Part shown: piece after piece, positions 1 through 10,584 of the stretch | How positions within the stretch are numbered: the first letter of the stretch is position 1 | Layout of the letters: every line of letters starts with the position of its first letter | Source: an uncultured delta proteobacterium | GTDB lineage: Bacteria; Desulfobacterota; WTBG01 | DNA: 64,000 nucleotides | Direction of reading: 5' to 3' | NCBI GenBank assembly: GCA_963793865.1 | Contig: CAWCBP010000001.1 | Coordinates: forward strand, 256,001-320,000 | Notes under the pieces: generated by a model | What the model was told of the DNA's origin: nothing | The model's database searches: none | Seen by the model: only the letters and a program-made list of their open reading frames with translations | Position numbers and translations under genes: made by a program

Positions 1-542
1 AATACGCCACCAATAAGAGTGGGGATTGGGTAGTAGAAACAGTGGATAGCGAAGGAGATGTCGGGCAATATACCTCTCTTGCACTTGATTCATGTGGGAG
101 GTCACACATCAGCTATTATGATGCCACCAACGGTGACCTCAAGTATGCTCGACAGTTTTGTGGAATGGATTTTGACTGTGATTACATTCTCGATATGGAG
201 GACAACTGTCCCAAGGATTATAATCCCAACCAGGAAGACACCTATCCCCCGCAGGGCAACAGCATCGGCGATGCCTGCGAGTGCGAAGGTAATTTCAACT
301 GCTCGGCAGATCAGGACGTTGACGGGAGCGATGCGGCCTTATTTAAGGTGGATTTTGGGAGAAGTGGAATATTAGACCCCTGTACTGGTGGAAGCCTCTG
401 CAACGGTGACTTCAACTGCGACGGTGATGCTGATGGCACTGATGCAGCCCTGTTCAAAGCCGACTTTGGCCGAAGTTCGATGCAGAACCCATGCCCTGCG
501 TGTGTAGCGGGGGTGGAGTGGTGTAGTTATCCATTACCATAA
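1..542 (+). CDS. Secreted/surface protein, C-terminal part (5' end outside the window): beta-propeller-like repeat, thrombospondin type 3-like Ca-binding repeat and two dockerin/EF-hand-like repeats
   Basis: Frame is open from the window start ([21 protein letters not shown]..); DNCP..NPNQED..GDAC motif; two G(N/D)FNC..D.DG.DAALFK.DFGR repeats. Confidence 0.7.
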   Translation, partial: YATNKSGDWVVETVDSEGDVGQYTSLALDSCGRSHISYYDATNGDLKYARQFCGMDFDCDYILDMEDNCPKDYNPNQEDTYPPQGNSIGDACECEGNFNCSADQDVDGSDAALFKVDFGRSGILDPCTGGSLCNGDFNCDGDADGTDAALFKADFGRSSMQNPCPACVAGVEWCSYPLP

Positions 543-561
543 TGAATGTATGCTTTAGATT

Positions 562-598
562 AACAAAGCCTCTCGGGAACAAATCTGAGAGGCTTGTT
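562..598. terminator. Hairpin, probable intrinsic terminator
   Basis: aacaaagcctctc..gagaggcttgtt inverted repeat just after the stop, between convergent genes. Confidence 0.55.
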
Positions 599-850
599 CT
601 ATATATGCCGGGCACAAAATGTAGCGGTGCTATGATTGAAGGAAATATTCAAGTTCTACAAATATGGGCAACAATCTCAAGGCACGAATAGTTTCCACTA
701 CAGTATGTAACCTGCATTATCGGGGTGTTCAACACTTACTTGCAATTATATGGTGACTATCTGTCATTGAGGGAATGTAATAATTTGATAATGTAATGTT
801 TAGCAGAGCTTTTATTATTACCGGTAACTATGGATTCCCAGATGATCTTT

Positions 851-1543
851 TTAGAGCGTTTTATCCGCTCGCTGTTCTGCCAGAAAGTCCTGCAGGTTCT
901 GTGTCCAGTAGTCGATGGCGTCCTTAACCGTGTGCCATTCATCAAACTTGTTGAATTCTCCCGTGACCTTGCTCCCAACCCTGTGATCGACAGCAGCAGC
1001 AAGACGCTTGCCCGTTTGGCTGTCCAGAAGCTCGGCTTCAATGCCGGCCGCCCCAACAAAGGAATGCTTTCCCGTGATTGCGGCTTTCAGGGCACTGATC
1101 GCAAGCCCGACAGGCACAACGGTGGACACGGTGTCCAGAGGGACATTGGAGCGATCAGCCTGGGTAAGCGCTATACGTAGCCGAATCACGCCGGGACCGG
1201 CCTTCTGTACGAACGTATAATCCTTTGAAAGATGGTCCCGCACAGCCGCATCGAGATAATTCAGCAGTGCCTGCCACTCTTCGTATGAAATATCATCCAT
1301 CCTGTGTTCGGTCGAGGCAAACAGCTTGACCGGGTCCATAAGAATGCTCTTGTATGATTTGAAGTTTGCCAGCGGGTCGACATACCGGAGCTGCGCCTTG
1401 TCGCCCTTTGTGAGCTGCGAATAGTCCTTTAAAAATTCCGCCTTTTCCGTGCTGCGTGCCTGATGGGTTACGCAGCCGCCAAGCAGCACAAGCACGCACA
1501 AACCGGCTATTACCATAACAACATTGCCTTTTTGACTATTCAT
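851..1543 (-). CDS. DUF3313-family lipoprotein
   Basis: Lipobox LLGGC after a hydrophobic stretch; EAELLDSQTG..LAAAVD motif; start moved to the ATG at 1543 (AAGGAG upstream). Confidence 0.75.
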   Translation of the reverse strand: MNSQKGNVVMVIAGLCVLVLLGGCVTHQARSTEKAEFLKDYSQLTKGDKAQLRYVDPLANFKSYKSILMDPVKLFASTEHRMDDISYEEWQALLNYLDAAVRDHLSKDYTFVQKAGPGVIRLRIALTQADRSNVPLDTVSTVVPVGLAISALKAAITGKHSFVGAAGIEAELLDSQTGKRLAAAVDHRVGSKVTGEFNKFDEWHTVKDAIDYWTQNLQDFLAEQRADKTL

Positions 1544-1691
1544 GGTTCTGCTCTCCTTTTGATTAATGGTTAGGAAACAATCTCTTCTCATCTTATCAGC
1601 CACGCTCATATTCAGCTGCTGCGAAGATGATTAATTATATCAGGGTACGAATAGTTTGTCTTATGGAATATTGGTTTGATGTTGTGCGACG

Positions 1692-1760
1692 CAAGGGTTC
1701 AAGGGTAAAAAAAAAGCGAAACGACACTTGAACCCTAGAATCCTCGGACCCTTGGCCCCT
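1692..1760. repeat. Degenerate octamer repeats in inverted arrangement
   Basis: caagggttcaagggt faces cacttgaaccctagaatcctcggacccttggcccct. Confidence 0.5.
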
Positions 1761-2004
1761 AAACTAACGCCTTTAGGAGGTAGTGTTTTGCTAATGCTTA
1801 TTGAAATTTTGTTTGACTGCGTCAATCCGTTTAAATTAATATTATGACTGTGGTGATTGGGTATCATAATCTAATCGAGTGCGCTTAGGGATAGAGAATC
1901 AGAACGAATAGTTCCAAGGCAATGCCGTTTATGTGGTCCTTTCTAATTAATCATGATAGGTCAGTCTTCCGTAATAGGGCAGAGACAAAGAAAGGAGGAG
2001 CATA

Positions 2005-2833
2005 ATGCATACGAGAATGAAACAACTTTCAGCGTGGCGGTTGGTACTGGTTATTGCAACTCTTAGGTGTATCCGCATGTTCCCTGGGGCCCAGTGATGA
2101 GGCACTGACCAAGTCGATTGAGTCGAAGTTTTATGCCGAACCGCAATTGAAGGCCGCGTCGATTCAGATTGCGGTGGCCAAGGGGGAGGCGACCTTGTCA
2201 GGTGAGGTATCAAGTGAAGACATTCGCCGGAAGGCACTTGAAACCGCGCTCGTAACTGAGGGGGTCAGGAAGGTCAACGACCTGATGAAGGTCATGATCA
2301 CTATCCCAGCGGGGACCGAGGTGCAGGTCACCATGATCGATTCAATCAATTCCAAGTCAAGCCAGGTCGGCTCCCTGTTTCGCTCCTCGTTGCATGCGCC
2401 TATTACGTCGGGCGATCAGGTCATTATACCCGCCGGGACAGACGTATATGTAAAACTGGTTCATGCCAAGTCGGCAGGGAGCATCAAGGGGTCGAGCGAA
2501 CTTGAAGTTATCTTGGACCATCTGGTGACGCAGAGTGAGTCAATTCCTTTGGACAGCAGCACGGTTAGACAGAAGGGGGCATCCCGCGGCAGGCAGACTG
2601 CAAAAAGAAGCGCGATTGCAGGTGGGGCCGGCGCAATACTCGGGGGCATTATCGGGGGAGGAAAGGGGGCGGCGATTGGCGCGAGCGTTGGAGCAGGTGG
2701 AACCCTGGCATACCAGGCACTGACCAAAGGCCCGGAGATCAGGATACCCGCTCAAACCAGGCTGAATTTCACCCTTGCCGAGTCGTTTCAGGTTCCTCAG
2801 CCTCAGCAAGCTAACGCGTCAACCGTTCCCTAA
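2005..2833 (+). CDS. BON-domain lipoprotein with C-terminal TrbI-like/glycine-zipper region; apparent +1 frameshift near 2058
   Basis: AGGAGG SD with ATG at 2005 gives MHTRMKQLSAWRLVLVIA, which joins LLGVSAC (lipobox) in the 2054 frame; BON motif V..GEATLSGEV..GVRKVN.L; GA.LGGIIGGGKGAAIGA. Confidence 0.7.
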
Positions 2834-2852
2834 TTAGTTTATAGTTAAATTG

Positions 2853-2881
2853 TTGACAGATGAACCATTAAAATATATAAA
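2853..2881 (+). promoter_or_regulatory. Sigma70-type promoter
   Basis: TTGACA-17bp-TATAAA upstream of the radical SAM gene. Confidence 0.55.
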
Positions 2882-2991
2882 TTCCCCAAATTTATTAATG
2901 CATGCTTTTCTCTAATAACAAAACGAGAGATCATCAAACAAAGGTATAAGGTCATGAATTTTGTGCAGTCGATCTACAAGGAGAAGAGACG

Positions 2992-4449
2992 ATGAGAGTA
3001 CTTTTTTTGCAGCCGCCTCTGGGTGCCTGGGTGTACTGGGGCAATCATAAGCCCATTAATGTGAGCCATGCCCAGATGACCGCCTGCGTGCGGGAATGGG
3101 TGCCGGGCGCGGATGTGCGGGTGCTTGACTGCCGTGCCTTAAGCCTGGATATTCAGCAGATGCTCAAGGCCATCGAGGAAATCAACCCGGATTTGATCTA
3201 TATGGGGGATGCCTACCAGATGACCGAGACCATCGCCATCGTGCCCCACTATCAAAACGCGGCGAAGTTTATCAAAAAGGCGCGTCCCCACACGCCCATT
3301 TGCGTGGGAGGGTTTTATATCGCGGCAAACTATCAAAGCGTTGCCGAAGAGACACCCGATTTTGATTTTCTGATCGCCGGGGAGCCGGAGATGACCTTTA
3401 CCGAGCTATGCAAGGAATTGAGCAAACCAAAACCGGACCTTGCCTCGGTGAAGGGATTGGTGCACCGTCAGAATGGAAGCATAAAGATCAACGAATACCG
3501 TCCTTTGATGAAAAACCTGGATGAGCTTCCCATGCCGGCATATGATCTCTTTCCCATGGATAAATATCAGGGATGGAGCACGCTGAAACACTATCAGGAG
3601 ATATTTACCTCCCGGGGATGTCCCTTCGGATGCGGCTTCTGTATCGACTGGGTTACCATGGACCCGCGGGGAAACAGGGACTGGCAGCGGTACCGGATCA
3701 AGTCAGCCGCACGGGTGGTGGACGAGCTGGAGCTCCTGGAAAAAAAGTACGGGGTGCAGTGCGTCCATATCTATGATCTCAACTTTAATCCCAGGAGAAG
3801 CCGGGTTGAAGAATTTCTCAAGGAAATGCAGAACCGGAAGCTCGGCATCAAATACTGCTTCCTGGGCAATGCCCATTCATTTGTTCGGGACAGAGACCTG
3901 CTCGAGGACCTGCATGAAACCGGCTTTATTTCCGGTGTCTTCGGCCTGGAGGTGGCGGATGAGGATGAATTGAAAAAAATGAACAAAGGCATTACGGTTG
4001 ATGAGGTGCGGGAGGTTACGGCGCAATTCAGGAAATTCGGAATTGCATCGGTGATTACCTGGATGATTGGTTTCCCCGATGATGATGAACGGATAATAAA
4101 GCACCGATTGCAGGTACTGGATGAGATTGACCCTGATGTTTCGTCACTTCAGATGCTGCTGCCGGTACCCGGAATGCCCATGTATGAGGAATTGAAGAAC
4201 TACATCGAGGTACATGACCTTAAAAAATGGGATTTTCACCAGCCGGTGGTGCGCACCAAGCATCTGACCAGGGAGCAGCTCGGAGCAATGGCTGTCTGGG
4301 CGAACCAGGAATTCTACGGCAAGAAAAACCGTGTGGAGAGGGTCCTTGCAAGTCCGGTATTGCATCCGTTCAGCAAGGCCATTTTTCAAAGCTACATGGC
4401 GGGTATGGAAGAATATGCGGAGAAGGCCAGCGGCAAACAGGTGGCCTGA
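2992..4449 (+). CDS. Cobalamin-binding radical SAM protein (class B methyltransferase/BchE-like)
   Basis: N-terminal B12-binding-like domain, GEPE, SRGCPFGCGFC (CxxxCxxC), PVPGMP. Confidence 0.85.
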   Translation: MRVLFLQPPLGAWVYWGNHKPINVSHAQMTACVREWVPGADVRVLDCRALSLDIQQMLKAIEEINPDLIYMGDAYQMTETIAIVPHYQNAAKFIKKARPHTPICVGGFYIAANYQSVAEETPDFDFLIAGEPEMTFTELCKELSKPKPDLASVKGLVHRQNGSIKINEYRPLMKNLDELPMPAYDLFPMDKYQGWSTLKHYQEIFTSRGCPFGCGFCIDWVTMDPRGNRDWQRYRIKSAARVVDELELLEKKYGVQCVHIYDLNFNPRRSRVEEFLKEMQNRKLGIKYCFLGNAHSFVRDRDLLEDLHETGFISGVFGLEVADEDELKKMNKGITVDEVREVTAQFRKFGIASVITWMIGFPDDDERIIKHRLQVLDEIDPDVSSLQMLLPVPGMPMYEELKNYIEVHDLKKWDFHQPVVRTKHLTREQLGAMAVWANQEFYGKKNRVERVLASPVLHPFSKAIFQSYMAGMEEYAEKASGKQVA

Positions 4450-4698
4450 ACCGTTTTGGGGTCTCCACATGACCGGCGGGGGAAGAATGATCTAGCGATG
4501 TGAAAAAAAGCAGTCGAAGACCTGCTGTGGAAACTAATGGAAAAGACGATAGCCATTACAATGTTCTTCTGTGTGGCTATCGTCTTTCTCTTTAAGTTTG
4601 CGAAAATAGTCTTTAATCCCACGCAAGGTTTATTGGCAGTATTGTCAAGAAATTGTAACAAAACCCATGGATGAATGATAGCAGCATCGGTCCTCTTA

Positions 4699-5004
4699 TT
4701 ACATTTCTTTGAAAACCGAATATGCCTCCATGAATGTGGGAAACCCCGTTGTCTGGATTAGAAGGAGCAGGGTATGCATAATTTCCTCATCCGTTGCTCC
4801 TGCTTCACGGGCCCTGGTAATATGTGTCTCCAAGGCCAATCTGTGGCTGCTTGCACCTGAAATTGCTACCTTCATGAGCCATCGGGTCTTCTCAGGGAGA
4901 GGACCCGATTTTTCATGAATCTCGTTCCCCAATGCTTCGTAGGCTTTAATAATGGCCGGAAACTCCTTTTTAAACTTTGTGAAAGTAACATGGACATCTT
5001 TCAT
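4699..5004 (-). CDS. Carboxymuconolactone decarboxylase/AhpD-family protein
   Basis: GPLPEKTRWL..AI...H..RAREAGATDEEI pattern. Confidence 0.8.
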   Translation of the reverse strand: MKDVHVTFTKFKKEFPAIIKAYEALGNEIHEKSGPLPEKTRWLMKVAISGASSHRLALETHITRAREAGATDEEIMHTLLLLIQTTGFPTFMEAYSVFKEM

Positions 5005-5452
5005 GAGAAACTCCTTTTAAAAAGGATTGCCTGGGAGAAAACAAAACAACCGTCTCAGGCATACTCCTCACCTGATGACGGTTACAATGGTTACAGTAAC
5101 GACACCAAAGCTTTTAACAATCATCCCCCCACCCATTTCCGTTGCCTTTTTTAATTAAAAGATTTTAATGGATTATTGAATAAAATAAACCTTTTAATTT
5201 CTTGTAATCCTCCAATTTTTCTTTGTCAATCAAAATATTTCTTATTGCAACGCACGTTTTACCTTCTCTAAGGTGTTCGGCAAATCCCTCACCCGGGCAC
5301 CCGCTACTTTTGCTAATAGATGCGCCAAGGTAATTCTATCCCCGGATGCCCCAGTTTAAAAATTTTGAGGTCGAAATTACTAATTCGCAAGTAAGGCTAC
5401 CGATCAGCACCCCAGATTATGAAATCATTGCGTTTAAACTAGACACTACCAG

Positions 5453-5863
5453 TTAGTCTTTGTGATACGCAAAGCCTTCACATGAGGCAATCAGCTTTCC
5501 GCCTTTGCCGGTAACCTGGATTTTCCACAGGCTCACTTTTCTGCCGGTAAAAAGGGGTGTTGCCTCAGCGACGATCTTTTCTCCCTCGGCGGCTCCCCTG
5601 GTAAAGTTAACGGTGAAGCTCAACGCGATCCCCTTGTATCCGCCGGAACAGCAGGCCACCGCGAATGCCTGGTCGGCAACGGCATAGACTGAGATGCCGT
5701 GTCCCCTGCCTAAGGCGTTGAGATATTGAGGTTTGATTACCAGCGAACAGCGGGCATACTCCTTTCTCACTTCCTCCACCTTTATTCCCAGGTAGGTGGC
5801 CATGGGGTCCTTGCCCACGATCTCTCTCGCATAGTAAAAAGGGTCTTCTTCCTTTTTAGTCAT
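5453..5863 (-). CDS. paaI: PaaI-type hotdog acyl-CoA thioesterase
   Basis: LNALGRGHG..Y.VAD.AFA motif; next to paaK. Confidence 0.75.
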   Translation of the reverse strand: MTKKEEDPFYYAREIVGKDPMATYLGIKVEEVRKEYARCSLVIKPQYLNALGRGHGISVYAVADQAFAVACCSGGYKGIALSFTVNFTRGAAEGEKIVAEATPLFTGRKVSLWKIQVTGKGGKLIASCEGFAYHKD

Positions 5864-5875
5864 GCCAAACTCCTC

Positions 5876-6307
5876 TCACATCTCGTACACTTTCTTTCCG
5901 GAAATGATTTTCACGCCATGTTCTGAAAGCACGCGTATGGCGCTGTCATTATCGTCAAACCTGAATATTATGATTGCGTCATCAGACCGGTGCTCAAGAA
6001 AGGCGTACATGTATTCCACATTGATCTTTTCCTGCTCCAAAAAGGAAAGCACTTGTGCCAGCCCGCCCGGCTTGTCAGGAACCTCAACCGCGACAACCTC
6101 GGTTTTACTCACCGTGATGCCGTTTTCCTTTAAGATCCTGACAGCCTTTTCATTGTCATTGACGATGCAGCGCAGTATGCCGAAGTCGGAAGAATCGGAG
6201 ATGGTGAGTGTCCGGATATTTACCCCCGCACTCCCCAGAAGTCTGGCAACCTCGGATAATCTCCCAAACTTATTTTCCAGAAAAATGGATATTTGTTCGA
6301 CTTTCAT
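5876..6307 (-). CDS. Tandem ACT-domain protein
   Basis: QISIFLENK.GRL and VEVPDKPGGL repeats; typical neighbour of paaK. Confidence 0.9.
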   Translation of the reverse strand: MKVEQISIFLENKFGRLSEVARLLGSAGVNIRTLTISDSSDFGILRCIVNDNEKAVRILKENGITVSKTEVVAVEVPDKPGGLAQVLSFLEQEKINVEYMYAFLEHRSDDAIIIFRFDDNDSAIRVLSEHGVKIISGKKVYEM

Positions 6308-6346
6308 GGTGGTCTCCTTTTGAGGAGTTTGTGATGTTAATACTTA

Positions 6347-6573
6347 GAGATATGCGATAGGAACGATCTGGGATATGCGATGTAAAAAGGCGATGTGCGA
6401 TGTGTGATCTGCGATGTGCGATAGAAAACTGCTCATTTAATACTTTTAGTTTTTTTCCCCAACCTGGATATTTATCTGTCGCCCGTACTGCATTTCAGAT
6501 CTCAAAACCCACATCTCACATCTCATATCAGAGATCGCCTATCGCACATCCCAGATCCCAGATCGCACATCCC
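6347..6573. repeat. Inverted pair of degenerate heptamer arrays (GATGTGC-like and CACATCN-like)
   Basis: gcgatgtgcgatgtgtgatctgcgatgtgcgatag on the left; cacatctcacatctc..cacatcccagatcccagatcgcacatc on the right. Confidence 0.75.
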
Positions 6574-6574
6574 C

Positions 6575-7882
6575 TCATTCCTGCTTCCTCCGGTCGATGA
6601 CCCTGGTTGCCTTTCCCTCGCTGCGCTGAATGGTCCTGGGCTCAACCAGCTTGCAGCGGCAGGTGGTCCCCAGCATTTCCTTGATCTCTTTTTCAACCTT
6701 CCGTTCCAGCTTTTCCAGCTGCTTGAACTGGTCGGAGAATATCCGTTCATTGAGTTCCACCTGGACCTCCAGGGTGTCGAGAGGTCCTTCCCGGTCAACG
6801 ATAAGCTGGTAGTGGGGTTCGATCCCCTCAATGTGCATGAGGATGCTTTCAATCTGGGAAGGAAACACATTGACGCCCCTGATGATGATCATGTCATCGG
6901 TCCGGCCGGCCACCTTTTCCATGCGCACGAATGTCCTGCCGCAGGAGCACGCTTCAGGATGGAGCGAGCTGATGTCACGCGTGCGGAAGCGGATGAGGGG
7001 AGAGGCCTCCTTGGTAAGCGAGGTAAAGACCAGTTCGCCGCGCTCTCCGTAGGGAAGCGGCTGCTCCGTTTCAGGATCGATAATCTCGGCAATGAAATGG
7101 TCTTCGAAGACATGCAGGCCCTTCTTGGCTTCGATGCACTCGCTGGATACACCCGGTCCGATTACCTCGGTGAGCCCATAGGTGTCGATGGCATCTATTT
7201 TCAGACGCTTTTCCAACTTGCCCCGCATCGTTTCCGACCAGGGCTCGGCCCCGAAGCAGCCGGCGCGCAGTTTGAAATCGACTGAAGGATCAAGCCCCAT
7301 GTCCTGTGCCACCTCGGCAAGATAAAGGGCGTAGGACGGCGTGCAGGCAATGGCGGTGGGCCCGAAGTCCTGCATGATGGTGACCTGCCGCCGGGTATTG
7401 CCTCCGGAGGCGGGGATTACCGATGCGCCGATTTTTTCCGCCCCGTAGTGAAATCCCAGGCCGCCGGTAAAAAGACCGTATGCGTATGCGTTATGCAGCA
7501 TGTCACCCCGTTGAATGCCGGCGGCATACAGGCTGCGCGCCATCAGCTCCGCCCAGATGTCGATGTCATGCCGGGTGTATCCCACGACGATCGGCTTCCC
7601 GGTGGTGCCTGATGAGGCGTGAATTCTCACCACCTGTTCCATGGGTGTGCTGAACAGGCCGAAGGGGTAGCTGTCCCGCAAATCGTGCTTGCTGGTGAAG
7701 GGGAGCAGCGGAAGGTCTTTGAGCGAGCGGATGTCCCCCGGCTTGATGCCTTTCTGGTCGAACTTTTTCTTGTAGAAGGGGATGGTGGTATATACCCGTT
7801 CAAGTGTTGACCGGAGCCGTTTCAGCTGCAGGGCCTCCAGCGCCTCCCGCGGCAGTGTTTCAAATTCCTCATTCCAGATCAT
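6575..7882 (-). CDS. paaK: Phenylacetate-CoA ligase
   Basis: [49 protein letters not shown]. Confidence 0.92.
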   Translation of the reverse strand: MIWNEEFETLPREALEALQLKRLRSTLERVYTTIPFYKKKFDQKGIKPGDIRSLKDLPLLPFTSKHDLRDSYPFGLFSTPMEQVVRIHASSGTTGKPIVVGYTRHDIDIWAELMARSLYAAGIQRGDMLHNAYAYGLFTGGLGFHYGAEKIGASVIPASGGNTRRQVTIMQDFGPTAIACTPSYALYLAEVAQDMGLDPSVDFKLRAGCFGAEPWSETMRGKLEKRLKIDAIDTYGLTEVIGPGVSSECIEAKKGLHVFEDHFIAEIIDPETEQPLPYGERGELVFTSLTKEASPLIRFRTRDISSLHPEACSCGRTFVRMEKVAGRTDDMIIIRGVNVFPSQIESILMHIEGIEPHYQLIVDREGPLDTLEVQVELNERIFSDQFKQLEKLERKVEKEIKEMLGTTCRCKLVEPRTIQRSEGKATRVIDRRKQE

Positions 7883-7938
7883 ACGTGGCCCTCCATGCCA
7901 TAAGGGATATTATAAGCTCAAATATTTTCCCGTGTCCA

Positions 7939-8537
7939 TTAGGGACACGTATGGTGCCTCTGCCTGCCAAGGCTGAATGCCTTCAGGTTGAGTTCGATCA
8001 GTTTTGCCGGAAGCATTGAAGCGATTACCTCCTGCCAGAGGCCTCTTCTATGGCAAAGCAATTCGAAAGCGCCCCGATCAGCGCTATATTGACCGCCTTG
8101 ATGCTTCCCGCCTCCCGGGCCGCCTCCAGGGCATTGACCAGGGTGAACCGGGGATACCGCTCCCTCAGTCGCTCGGGTATGTCAGTAGGATAAACGTCCT
8201 TGCCCATGGTCACCGATGGCGGGAGGATTTTCTGGTTGTTAACCAGGATGATGGAAGTATCTTTAAGAAAGTCAAGGTAGCGCAGGGTTTCAAGCTGCTC
8301 AAAGGAAAAAAGAATATCAACCTCTCCTTTTCTGATGGTCGGCGAATAGACTTTCGGCCCGAAGCGGACATGGCTGGTGACACTGCCGCCCCGCTGCGCC
8401 ATGCCGTGCACCTCGCTTTTCTTCACATCATGGCCGGCCCGCATCATCACCGCCGCAATAATATCGCTGGCGAGAATGACCCCCTGGCCGCCCACCCCGA
8501 CAGTTAAAATATTGGTGACCTTATCTGTTGTCGTCAT
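7939..8537 (-). CDS. iorB: Indolepyruvate:ferredoxin oxidoreductase beta subunit; apparent frameshift near 8040
   Basis: GVGGQG, SEVHGMAQRGGSV; the expected C-terminus LWQEVIASMLPAKLIELNLKAFSLG continues in another frame to a TAA at 7939. Confidence 0.85.
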
Positions 8538-10293
8538 GGGTCTTGATTATGGCTTCCTTGGGGCAGACCTGTGCGCACAGGGCGCAACCCACGCACAAGC
8601 TTTCATTGATATGTGATTTGCCGGATTTGTTTTCCCCCGGTATCCACTCTATCGCAGGACATCCCAGCTGCAGGCACCCCCTGCATCCCACGCAGGTTTC
8701 TTCATGAACCATGAAAAGAGATTCCGGTGGAGGGCCTCCCTTGCGCAGCAGCACGCAGGGGGCCTCGGCAATGATTACCGATGGCTCCGGCCGGGCCGTT
8801 TCTTCCTGCAGGGCCGCGGCCAGCCCGTCAAGATCGTAGGGGTTCACCTTTCTCACGTGATCGATGCCCAGCGCGCCGCATAGTGAAGCCAGGTCAACCT
8901 TTTTGGTCTTTTCCCCCTGGACGGTGCGGCCGGTCCCGGGGTGCTCCTGCCGTCCGGTCATGGCCGTCGTCCGGTTGTCCAGGATGATGACGGTGCAGGT
9001 GCCCCGGTTGTAGGCAATGTCGAGCAGCCCGGTCATGCCCGAATGGAGGAAGGTTGAATCCCCGATGACCGCCACCGCCTTGCCCTGTCCGGCGGCACCG
9101 AGCGCCTTGTCAATCCCCATCGCCTGCCCGATGCTCGCGCCCATGCAGATGCAGCTGTCCATGGCATTGAGCGGCGGGAGTGCCCCCAGGGTGTAGCAGC
9201 CGATGTCCCCGGTGACGAACAGCTTCTGCTTTTTTAAGGTATAAAATATGCCCCGATGAGGACATCCCGGGCACAGGTTGGGGGGGCGGCCGGGAAGTTG
9301 AGCCTGTTCCGCCCCGGGATCGGATTTTTTTGTCACACCCCTGATGCCTTCTTCGGCCGTCGCGGGACCAAACTCACCGCACAGGGGAAAGACCTCTTTC
9401 CCGGTCACCGCGATGCCCAGCGATTTTATCTGCTCTTCCAGAAACGGATCCAGCTCCTCGAACACGTAGAGTTTGCCGACCTTTCCGGCAAATTCCTTTA
9501 TCAGGCGAGACGGCAGCGGGTAGACCATTCCCAGCTTTAGAAATGAATAGCCGGGAAAGGCCTCTTTGGCGTACTGGTAGCAGGCCCCGCTGGTGATAAT
9601 GCCGATTGCGGTATCCTGCATTTCCACCTCGTTCTTTTCAAATGTTTCGGCAAAGTCCTTAAGCGTTTGCAGCCGCTCTTCGATGAGCGGATGTCTCAGC
9701 CGCGCGTGCCGGGGAAGCATGACAAATTTTTCAGGCTGCTTCTCAAGCTCGTTCGGTGCCTCCCTCCTTGCCGGTTCGGCTAGCGTGACCAGGGACATGG
9801 AATGTGAGATGCGGGTGGTCGTGCGAAGCATGACCGGCGTATCAAAGCGCTCGCTTACGGCAAATGCCAGTTTTACAAAATCCTTTGCCTCCTGGCTGTC
9901 GGCAGGCTCAAGCATGGGTATCTTCGCGAACCTGGCGTAATTCCGGTTGTCCTGCTCGTTCTGGGAGCTGTGTATCTCGGGATCATCCGCGGTCACGATC
10001 ACCAGCCCTCCCCGCACGCCGGTGTAGGAAAGGGTGAAGAGGGGATCGGCCGCGACATTCACGCCCACGTGCTTCATGGATACCAGTGCCCTGCTCCCGG
10101 CGATGGAAGCTCCCATGGCCACTTCAAGGGCCACCTTTTCATTGGGAGACCACTCGGCGTAGATTCCGTCATAGGCGGCGATGCTTTCGAGGATCTCGGT
10201 GCTGGGCGTTCCGGGATAGGCGGTGGCAACCGCGACCCCGGCTTCATAGGCCCCGCGGGCGATGGCCTGGTTGCCTGACAGGAGGACCTTCAT
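8521..10293 (-). CDS. iorA: Indolepyruvate:ferredoxin oxidoreductase alpha subunit
   Basis: YPGTPSTEI, NEKVALE, CPGCPH, GDIGC, GDSTF, C-terminal 2x[4Fe-4S] motifs. Confidence 0.93.
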   Translation of the reverse strand: MKVLLSGNQAIARGAYEAGVAVATAYPGTPSTEILESIAAYDGIYAEWSPNEKVALEVAMGASIAGSRALVSMKHVGVNVAADPLFTLSYTGVRGGLVIVTADDPEIHSSQNEQDNRNYARFAKIPMLEPADSQEAKDFVKLAFAVSERFDTPVMLRTTTRISHSMSLVTLAEPARREAPNELEKQPEKFVMLPRHARLRHPLIEERLQTLKDFAETFEKNEVEMQDTAIGIITSGACYQYAKEAFPGYSFLKLGMVYPLPSRLIKEFAGKVGKLYVFEELDPFLEEQIKSLGIAVTGKEVFPLCGEFGPATAEEGIRGVTKKSDPGAEQAQLPGRPPNLCPGCPHRGIFYTLKKQKLFVTGDIGCYTLGALPPLNAMDSCICMGASIGQAMGIDKALGAAGQGKAVAVIGDSTFLHSGMTGLLDIAYNRGTCTVIILDNRTTAMTGRQEHPGTGRTVQGEKTKKVDLASLCGALGIDHVRKVNPYDLDGLAAALQEETARPEPSVIIAEAPCVLLRKGGPPPESLFMVHEETCVGCRGCLQLGCPAIEWIPGENKSGKSHINESLCVGCALCAQVCPKEAIIKTHDDNR

Positions 10294-10584
10294 TGCTGTT
10301 GTTTTGCCTTCCGATTCTGTTGTATTTTTTCTGACATGTGGTGCGAGAGTAGATTATGTGGAGGGACGCACTCCGTTGCGTCCGATTATTATGTGCGGCC
10401 ATGACAGATCATGGCCCTCCATAGTACTATGTGCTGTTAAATGTAAAGCGCTGTTGTCAGCCCTTCAACAGGGTAAGGGTTCCGGTTATTTCGCTTGCAA
10501 AGGATTTCGAAAAATAATATAAGTTTACATTTTGGATTGCAAGACAAATCAGAAGTTTCGTGGTTACAGGAAGGAGAAAAGCCC

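Noticed and set aside
6347..6573. CRISPR array
   Set aside because: Short degenerate tandem units with no repeat-spacer structure and no cas genes in the window
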